Assembly (NCBI GenBank): GCA_030770535.1
Contig: JASVEC010000003.1
Span: forward strand, 372,001-436,000
Direction: 5' to 3'
Length of the DNA: 64,000 nt
From: Batkoa obscura
Taxonomy: Eukaryota
In this document: positions 63,883-64,000 of the stretch, piece after piece
Layout of the letters: each line of letters opens with the position of its first letter
Position numbering within the stretch: position 1 is the first letter of the stretch
Position numbers and translations under genes: made by a program
The notes under the pieces: generated by a model
Told to the model about the DNA's origin: nothing
The model's database searches: none
What the model saw: the letters and a program-made list of their open reading frames with translations, nothing else

Positions 63883-64000
63883 ATAAAATAGTTCCAGAAT
63901 GAATTATTAATTATAAAATTTTTAAACATCTTTATTGAATATTGTGCTGATGTTTATAGTAATAAAGTATTAAAATGAAATGTTATTTATATACATGATT

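Overview
Very AT-rich, intron-dense eukaryotic DNA with short GT-AG introns. It is most consistent with an early-diverging fungus, possibly Entomophthorales-like; that placement is inference from gene content, not a database result. The first ~46 kb is mostly compact housekeeping genes: H2A, a divergent AAA ATPase, COQ11-like, PP1, HMCES/SRAP, G6P 1-epimerase, DUF1349, HEM14, a nucleoside transporter, alpha-mannosidase, SCAMP, NDUFA12, penta-EF-hand, G-protein gamma and HIS7, plus several orphans. From ~46.6 to 58.4 kb there is an accessory island of secreted hydrolases: two intact subtilisins and one frameshifted copy, a GH18 chitinase, a phage-type GH24 lysozyme with an intron, and a Cys-rich orphan. 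A La-motif gene closes the window. The strongest leads beyond routine annotation are (i) a ~600-nt, G-U-rich, long-range base-paired candidate ncRNA divergent from HIS7, (ii) a 66-aa microprotein with a PKI-like pseudosubstrate motif in a gene desert, (iii) a candidate fungal FAAP100 homolog, (iv) a dispersed ~100-bp MITE family with about 8 copies, and (v) the mosaic secreted-hydrolase island. All family calls come from recalled motifs and hand splicing; no searches were run.
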